Positions 37,458 through 64,000 of a stretch of DNA of 64,000 bases are shown here, piece after piece. Every line of letters starts with the position of its first letter. Position 1 is the stretch's first letter. This stretch comes from the human T2T-CHM13v2.0 reference genome, Homo sapiens. The DNA is taken from NCBI RefSeq assembly GCF_009914755.1, contig NC_060925.1. The stretch is one strand, 5' to 3'. The notes beneath the pieces were generated by a model that was not told the origin of the DNA, did not search any database, and worked only from the letters and a program-made list of their open reading frames with translations. The translations under genes were made by a program, and so were the position numbers.

Positions 37458-37978
37458 GCGATGCGGATGGTGAGGCCAATCGCATCGGCGGTCGCGCAGA
37501 TTTGTGGGATCCCACTTGAAAAAGGTTGGTCATCGGACTGTGGTCTAGACTCACCAAAATCTACCCATTCCCTCATCTGACTGCCCAAAAAAATAAATAA
37601 GAAGCTTAACTTGGAGTCCAGAAAGGATGGTTGTCCAGGTAAGGGCTTTCTTTGCCCAGAGCAAATGTTGAGAGACTAAACCTAACACTACCGTTAAATC
37701 GGGGTAATCTTAGGCAAACGCTGCCCATTAAAAGCCTCAGTCTCCCCATTTTAACCTAAATGAGACGATCTCATAGGCAGTCCTCTAGGGTGGCGAGGAC
37801 TTTGGTGGCCGTCTTATCCGATATCTCCACCCAAATGAACCATCCAAGGTCACTTGGCCCTAGAGGTTGCCCAGGAGTGCCTTCTAGCTTTGAGGTCCTT
37901 GCTTCTAGAAGCAGACTCGGGTGCATGGGGGGCCCTGAAGGATGTTGAGGGGAGAAGCAGAGCCCAGGAGGCAGATAC

Positions 37979-38673
37979 CTTGAGATTGGAGAGCTGCCCA
38001 AAGCTCTTGCCACATATGTTGCACTCGTACAGGATTTTGCCATTCTTCTTTTTCAGCGGGTAAGGCAAGGCTGCGGTGCCTGTCTGGGAACTCAATGGGA
38101 CCCGCTTTGCTGGAGATGCCATGCCACCACGCTCCAGGCCTGGGGAGTCGGTTGGGGCAGCTCCAGCACCTGGATTTCGGGCCTGGGAAGGCAGAGCTTG
38201 GCCAGAGGCTTGGAAGGCCCCTGGGTAGGGAAGCAGGGTCTCCCACCGAGCGCTGGGGTGCCCCAGCTCATTGACCATCATCAGCAGGCTAGGCATAGCC
38301 ATGGTGGGGTAGGAGGGGTCTTGGGGCAGCATGAGGAGGTGGGGACATTGGTCAGAAGGTAGGGCCCCATAGGTGAACAGGTGGGGTGGAGGCAGGAGAA
38401 GTGGGTATCCAGGGTAGAAGGCGTGGAGGAGAAATGGGAGCTCCTTGGAGATGGAGTTGACAGGGGGACAGGGGCAGAAAGCCAAGGGGCTGGGGCTCTT
38501 TCTGTTCTGCAGCGGTGGTGGGGAAGAGCTGTTATGAGAGGAGAAGGCTGGGCAGGGGGCCCCCTCGCCAGCTCTTTCTGGCTGTTTTCCCAGCTTGTCC
38601 TTGTTCTGTGGGTACTTGACTGTGAATTTCTTGTCATCGGTGGAGCTGGCCTGCAGCCCTGGTGGCTCGTGCT
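37979..38673 (-). CDS. ZNF683: ZNF683 exon 4: Pro-rich region and start of ZF1 (...[30 protein letters not shown])
   Basis: cttag|AG CAC...AAG|GTATCT, 695 nt, phase 1/0; motif nearly identical to Blimp-1 LPYPLKKQNGKIKYECNVC. Confidence 0.96.
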
Positions 38674-38969
38674 CTAAGCAGGAAAAGGAAGGCGGTCAGA
38701 TCCCCACAGTCTGGGGTGAAGTTCTGTCCGCCATCAAACCTGCCCTGCTCGGGGCTGAGAAAGACCTCCAGCCTGCGAGCCTGCTAGCATTTCTGTAGTG
38801 CTGAACAATTTCAGGGGGAGAAAGCAGTTCAAGGTCCCTATTAGACACCCAGGTTGAGAAGCCAAGTGGGCAGATGGATAAACTGGGTTGGAGTTTAAAG
38901 GAGAGGTCTGAACTGGAGACATAAATCCAGGTGCCATGGGCACAGATAAGATCACATAAGGGTGAGGCT

Positions 38970-39160
38970 AGATCTGCTATGTCCGAAATGGCAGCCACTG
39001 GATGCATGACTAGATTTACATTAATTACAATGATTCTAATAAAAAATGAAGTTCTCAGTTGCACCAGTCACATTTACAGTGCTCAGCAGGTATAGTATTG
39101 GACAGCACAGGTATAGAATGTTCCCATTATTGCAGGGAGTTCTACCAAACAGTGCTATTC
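38970..39160. mobile_element. MER3/MER33-like hAT relic
   Basis: atggcagccact...cacatttacagtgctca...tattggacagcacag. Confidence 0.55.
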
Positions 39161-39207
39161 TAGATAAAGAGTACTAAAATAAAAAACCTGTTAAAAAATA
39201 AACTGTC

Positions 39208-40795
<1,588 letters not shown>

Positions 40796-41039
40796 TCAGC
40801 TCCCACACACATGCCTGAGAAGCCAGTGCCCAGCTTCTCTGGCTTAGGTATCACCACTCGAAAGCCCCCTGCACCCTCAGGCCAGAACTCCAAGGCCAAA
40901 ATGTGGAAGTAAAGTGTGCCTAAGCTCTGTCTTCATCAGTGACACTGCGTCCTCTCCACCACCCATCCCCAAACCTAGCAGTGCCCCCCACCCTCCAGCC
41001 TCTGCCAGGCGCAGGTGCAGCCCGGTGCCCTGGGCTTAC

Positions 41040-41244
41040 TCATGCTCAAGGCGTCCTCTTGGAGGCCCTGCAGGTCTGTGCCCAGGGGTGCCGGCTGTGG
41101 GGTGCACAGGTTCAGGTCCAGGTCCTGTAGGCAGGCCAGCAGTGCAGACCTGCCCGGTGCCAGGGGCAAGGGACACAGCCAGCTGGCACAGGATGGGCCA
41201 TGAGCATCCACCATGTCTGGAAGTGGTCTGCAGGCTGAGAAGAC
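41040..41244 (-). CDS. ZNF683: ZNF683 exon 3 (VFSACRPLPDMVDAHG...EDALSM)
   Basis: ctccag|GTC...ATG A|GTAAGC, 205 nt, phase 0/1. Confidence 0.94.
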
Positions 41245-41904
41245 CTGGAGGGCAGGGGCAAGGGGCTTGGGGGCTGGTGACTGGGACTCCATGGGTCCCT
41301 TAGATGGCCCCTACCCCTATTTTGTTTTCCAAAGGGGAGAATAAGCTAAAACAGCCACCACACTCCATATCTGTCACTCAAATGGCATCTCTTCCCTCAT
41401 CCAAAGATCTCTTTCCCCCAGGATTTTCCCACCCACCACAAGATTGCCCTCCTCCTGTCCCCAGGGCCCTCTCTAGCCCTGTTCTCCCTCCCTGCCCCGA
41501 ACCCATGTACCTCTGACCACCCTGGTCCCCAGTGTATCTCAGACCATCACTGTAATTTGAATGGCACCAAGTTGAGCACAAAGAAAATCCCCATCAAAGA
41601 CTATAAACTCCACAAGATGGCCCTGAGCCCCTGCTCACTAAGGCCCAAGGCCATGGTCATAGCAGCCAAGCCTACTGCACGAGGCTTCCGCTTCTTATTC
41701 CCCACAGGAGAGTCTGGGCCCCTGAGGCATGGGGAGAGGGTGTCTGGCTCCTCAAAGAAACATCCCTATGATGTGCCTGGGATAGGGGGTGCTCAGACTG
41801 GGAAGGAGATCTAGGTCCCTTCAGACGTTCCCCTTTTTCCTCCTAATGTCACCTCCTACTATAAGCAGACTACCCACAAAGGTAAGGCTGGGGTTCTACC
41901 TTAC

Positions 41905-42018
41905 CTGGTCACCTCGGAAGAGCTGGAAGTCCAGGCTGGGGGACAGGGAGCCCCCTGTACCTCCCAGGGCCATGGGCCTATGACAACAACCTAATTGTGC
42001 AGCTGATTCTTCCTTCAT
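41905..42018 (-). CDS. ZNF683: ZNF683 exon 2 coding part (MKEESAAQLGCCHRPM...LFRGDQ); exon acceptor at 42032 or 42029 (NAGNAG)
   Basis: ATG at 42018, donor CAG|GTAAGG; the five constitutive coding exons total 504 codons. Confidence 0.93.
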
Positions 42019-42266
42019 ATCCCCATTACCTGCTGGGAAACAGGTGAGTTAGAGGTAAGCTGTGAAGGTCCTCCAAATAGGAGTCTGAGTTCTAGGACTG
42101 GCTCTCCCATTAACATGCTGCATGACCACAAGTTATTCATGTCCCTTCCTGGACTCAGTTTCCCTATCCGCAAAATGGGAAGGTTGGTCTAGTTGATGCG
42201 TAAGGATTCTCTCAATGTTGACATTTAGAAGCCAGTGATGCTCTCCTGGTGGGTGTGGGAAGATTA

Positions 42267-45386
<3,120 letters not shown>

Positions 45387-45475
45387 TTAATAAATAAGGA
45401 AAAGACATGTCTAGATACAAAAAGGGAGACCTCATAGGCCAGAAAGTGGCTTTTTAGCCTGAGCAATGTCATTAT

Positions 45476-48196
<2,721 letters not shown>

Positions 48197-48524
48197 GGAG
48201 CTGACTCCAGGTGCAAGGGGCACATTCGGGAGGCCTCTGAAGAGGAGGTGCCTCCACATTAGGGGACAAGAGCTGGAGGGGCTGGGTCCTTGGGCTCCCG
48301 GTGCTCACTGCACACTTTCTTCTTCCTTTCGTTAGTTGCAAAATAATACATACTAGTGGTAAACATTTCAAACAACAGAAAATGTAAAAACGAAAAATGG
48401 AAGCTCCTCCTCCTTCGCAATTTCCCAGTGGTCAATGTGAATTGTTTAGTGTTTACCCTTCCAGACATTTTTCTATGAACCAACAAACAGGTAAATTGAT
48501 TTTTTTAATTGCTTTTTTTTTTCC

Positions 48525-49252
48525 TAAGGAATGAAGTGACTTATTGAAAATGAAAGTACACTCTGCAGTGTGGGAGCAGGCCTGAGCATAGGGGCTCAAA
48601 GGCCCCATTACAGAGTTTTTGAGAGTTTAAATACCTTCTGCTTGTGGTACGCCCTATGTAAATGAAGAGAATGAAGTAAAGTTACAATGTCATGTACTCA
48701 GGGAGAAGCTATTTCCTGTCAGAGCTGAAGTGTGAATTGGCCTTATGTTTCCTGCCTCCAGCCCCTATTTTCCTGCCTCATCTCCCCGCTAAGAGATGTG
48801 ATTGTGGTCCCCGTAAATCTTCACGGGAGGCAGAGGGACCGATGGTCTTTTTCCTGCGACTGCTTCATGCTGGCATGGGGCGTAGTCCCTACTTATTGGG
48901 GATCATGGAACCCTCACCTTGTTCTGTCTAGTGGAGGCAGGGTAGCTTCTTGATGGCCAGGGGTGGTGTCTTCACCTGGACTGGCTGGAGCCTTTGTTGC
49001 ATGATCATCTGAAGCTTGATGGCCTCCTTTTGCTGGTATGCCAGGTTTCTGGGCTCTCTTTCCCTGAGCGGCCCTTCCTCCGGGCTGGCTGGCCAAAATA
49101 TGTCACTGGTGGGGGGTGTCCAGGTTCTTGGCATCTTGAACAAAGAATTGGACAAAAAGCAGAAACAAAGCAACGAAGAAATGAAGGGATTTATTGAAAA
49201 TAAAGTACACTCCACAGTGTTGGAGTGGGCCTGAGCATAGGGGCTGAAAGGC
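48525..49252 (-). mobile_element. Internally deleted ERV1/MER4-group provirus (MER61-like): partial 5' LTR 49101-49252, PBS 49078-49095, ~320-bp internal remnant, PPT, partial 3' LTR 48525-48780
   Basis: Two LTR copies share attgaaaa..aagtacactc..gcctgagcataggggct; LTR termini TGAGGCAGG and GTGACA; tRNA-Arg-like PBS. Family name from recall. Confidence 0.75.
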
Positions 49253-49307
49253 TAAATTGTGTTTTATACAAACATGGGAATATATTGATGCACATTGCTC
49301 TTCCTGG

Positions 49308-49338
<31 letters not shown>

Positions 49339-49399
49339 GAGACAGAATCTGACTCTGCCTCCCAGGTTGGAGTACAGTGGTGTGATCTTGGCTCACTAG

Positions 49400-49657
<258 letters not shown>

Positions 49658-50398
49658 TGAACATACCTATCTGCCTCCTGCTTTTTCCTGACTATATAAT
49701 GTTCCATTGCAGGGTTGTGCTTAATATGTAGCCTTCCCCTGTTGGTGGACATACGGGTGGGATCCAATTTTCCCCTTTCTACACAAGGCTGGAAAAGACC
49801 TCCAGACAGAGTCAGTATGCGGAATGGTTAAGAATACGAGCTCTGCTGGATTTAATCCCAACTGGGTAAACTTATGGCAAATCACTTAACCTCTCTGTGC
49901 ATCTTTCCTCATCTGTCAAATGGAGATAATAATAGCACTTGCCTCATAGAATTATTTCCAGCTTTCCTCAAGATAATCCATGTAAAGCCCTTAGGATGGT
50001 GCCTGGCCCAAAGCAAGCACTTGACCAATGTGGATGACTATATTGTACATTACCCTTTACCTAGTTAGGCAAGCATCTGCAAGTCAGCTTCTTAAAAGTG
50101 TTAAAATTTTGATGGTTATTCCTGACCCATTTTGGAAGATCGAAATTTGGGCAGCACAATTGGAGAGATTAACTACATTTAGTTTTCTTGCTTTATTTAT
50201 TGACCCTTCCCTGGTTGGGGATCATTGCTCTCATTCAATGCAGTCTTCTCCTACCCCATCCACACACCACAATAATAATAGCTCTTGGCATGGGAGCCCT
50301 CATTATATGCCAGGAACCATGCAAAGCCATTCCACACGCTTTGTCTCACTGGATCAGCAGAGTGACTCTGGGAGATGAATGCCATTATTCCCATTTTA

Positions 50399-51110
<712 letters not shown>

Positions 51111-51326
51111 AAACACATGACCCAAGTTGAGGTTGTAAGTCCCAGAGGTGAGGGAGAGCTTAGGGAAGACTTTCCAGGCATTTGAAGAAGTAAAAAGTGC
51201 CACAAATATGTTTGGTAGAAGGGGCTCCCAGAAAAATTAAGACAAACAGAGGCCATCTTGAAACGAGCTGCAGAATTAGCTTCTGGTACCCTGCAAGAAC
51301 GTCATTCATTCACATATTTATTTGCC

Positions 51327-51329
51327 TTT

Positions 51330-51390
<61 letters not shown>

Positions 51391-51393
51391 TTT
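51327..51393. repeat. (TTTC)n tetranucleotide microsatellite, tail of a truncated antisense Alu
   Basis: Direct reading. Confidence 0.95.
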
Positions 51394-52880
51394 CTTGTTG
51401 TATTTTGGTAGAGACAGGGTCTGGCTGTGCTGACCAGGCTAGTCTCAAACTCCTGCCCTCAAACAGCCTCCCAAAGTAATTCACATATTTATTAATTACC
51501 AGCTATGTGTCAGGCATTGGACTATTTTCTGGGAATACAGCCCATAGAAATATGACTCAGACCTTGGAATTACATTCCGGCTATCAAGAAGCTTGCTGGA
51601 TGTTGTGAAATGGAAAGTAATGTACATCTGAGCTTATTATTAGGAGGGTAGGGGCTGGAGGAGCAAAGTAGAACTGGGGGTGGGGTTGGCTGACTCATGC
51701 ACCAAGAAAGGGAGACAACGGAACCACAGCCAGAAGCCCCACTTCCTCCCTGAAAACCTTAAAAACTTCTTCAACCCATATCCATTGCCACCTCCAACCT
51801 TGAGGCCAGCCAGCTGACTTCCCAGTCAGCTCAGCACATGGGTCCAGGACCTCTGTCACATGGACACTTTTGAGAGGCACCAGGTAAGGACCCCAGGTCA
51901 GGAAGGGATCTGGGACGTCACTGGCTTAGAGGTTAAGCAGCTGTAGGGTGTGCCTCCACAGGCAGAGCTGAGGGTGGAGCTGACAGTGCTCTTGCCTGGC
52001 TCTGCTCTGTGGTTGACACCTCCCTCCCTCTGCCTGACACCCACATGCTTATCTCCCCAGACAGCCCAGCTGTCAGTCTGTCAGATGCATTTGAGTTGGC
52101 CCTTGGCTTCACACCCCAAGGTGGGGAAGAGATCTTGAGTTAAGGCGTGCCTGCTCTTACATTTGCAGAAGGGGCCTACAGACACTCTTGCGTCTTCCCC
52201 TGCACCCATCTGTGACCTTCCAATCCTTCTGTGGGTAAAATTGCAGATGCATCTTCAAATGATATCCAAGGTCATGCCACTTATCCTCAACCATTCCAAG
52301 AGAATAGGAGACAAGAGGTCACCTTGCTTGGATTCAAATCCAGCAGAGCTAATGTAATCTGAGCCACTGTGCAAAACTGCCCACCATGTACATGTATGTC
52401 CTTTCCAGCCTGGTGTGGAACGGGGCAAAATTAAAGTCCACCTATATGTCTACCATTAGAGGAAAGCTACATATTATGTACATCCATGCATCAGAATACT
52501 ATGCAGCCAGGAAAAAGCAGGAGGTAAATTTACTCAATGCCTCCTACATGCCAAATCTCTTTATGATCATCTTATTTAATCGTCCTCAAAATTCTCCAAG
52601 TTGGCCAGGCATGGCGGCTCACACCTGTAGTCCAAACAATTTGAGAGGCCAAGGTGGGAGGATAGCTTGAGCCCAGGAGTTTGAGACCAGCCCGGGCAAC
52701 ATAGCAAGACCCCCTTCCCTACAAAAAATAACTAGGCATGATGGCATGGGCCTGTAGTTCCAGCTACCTGGGAGGCTGAGGCAGGAGAATTGCTTGAGCC
52801 CTGGAGGTCAAGGCTGTAGTGAGCCATGATTGTGCCTGCCACTGCACTCCAGCCTGGGCAACAGAGTGAAACTTTATCTC

Positions 52881-52914
<34 letters not shown>

Positions 52915-53382
52915 AAGGTAGGAATTTTTAATGTCTCCATTTTATGGATGAGCAGACAAGACTCAGCAAGGGTATACCAGGTAGTATCAACTCAAATGCC
53001 TACAGTGGCCATGTAGTTAACATAAAGTGATCCAAGAATAAGTATGATAAAATTGTTTCCTGACACTCAGTCTTGGTTTCAAGCTTCCAACAGGGAAGGG
53101 TTGGGACTGAGGCAAACCAGAGAGCATGGTCCATTCTTAAAGATCAGCCACTACTCAGAATAATCAGGGGCCAGTGTTGCCAGTCTTCCAACTTTTCCAG
53201 AGAATCTGAAAATCAGGAGTTGTACATGAAATCTCCATATTTTTTAAAAGAATGGCTCCAATGTCTTTTTTTTTTTTTTTTTTTTTTTTTTGAGACAGAG
53301 TCTTGCTCTGTCACCCAGGCTGGAGTGCAGTGGCATGATCTCCCTATTGGAGATCATGGAACTCTCACCCTGTACTGTCTAG

Positions 53383-53709
<327 letters not shown>

Positions 53710-53849
53710 TAATGTGTATGCCAATCAGAATAGGTCTGTGTGTCAGATTCAGCAGCCTCTGCCCAAGGTCCCAGAGCCTAAGACCTTTCCACATTTCTAG
53801 CTGTCTCCAAAGCCATGGCCTTGACTGTTTTCACTAAACACTTAAATAA

Positions 53850-59360
<5,511 letters not shown>

Positions 59361-59589
59361 AGAAAGGTAGAGAGAGAAAGAGAGAAATAGAGGAATATTC
59401 CTGCTCTCCTTACACTTGACTGCCTTCCTAGGGTTCCCCATAAACGCCTCCTGCTCGAATGGGAGCTCTAAGAAATGAGGGAACAGCTGAAGTTTCCACC
59501 AAAACCTATATGTCAGCATCCCCCACACAAAAAGCAGACCCTGGGTCAGGTAATTCGATGAAAAGCCACAGGCTCTACAGTGGCAGAAA

Positions 59590-64000
<4,411 letters not shown>

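Overview
Human (primate) genomic DNA, very Alu-rich. I recognise it as the 1p36.11 CRYBG2 (AIM1L)-ZNF683 (Hobit) locus, with both genes on the minus strand. I traced 16 CRYBG2 coding exons by GT-AG boundaries and reading frame: a 971-codon low-complexity exon containing a 51-bp coding tandem repeat, then six beta/gamma-crystallin domains. The 3' exons (ricin-type lectin domain, from recall) lie left of the window. ZNF683 is complete: 504 codons, plus a 60-nt cassette exon that breaks zinc finger 3. The right ~15 kb is intergenic L1/Alu/ERV debris. Best hunting results: (1) two upstream, phase-compatible, stop-free exons (33384-33695, 27493-28232) that would add 369 aa to the CRYBG2 N-terminus; (2) a fossil PRDM1-type PR/SET domain in ZNF683 exons 2-3, partly frameshifted and now a uORF overlapping the start codon; (3) a ZNF683 promoter built from direct and inverted local duplications; (4) a poly(A) hexamer overlapping the ZNF683 stop codon, with an in-frame route to a ZNF683-CRYBG2 read-through; (5) a PP2A-B56 LxxIxE motif near an S-P-T-x-K repeat array; (6) several short templated duplications inside Alus. 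Gene names, repeat family names and comparisons to reference proteins come from recall, not from a database search. Repeat boundaries are approximate.
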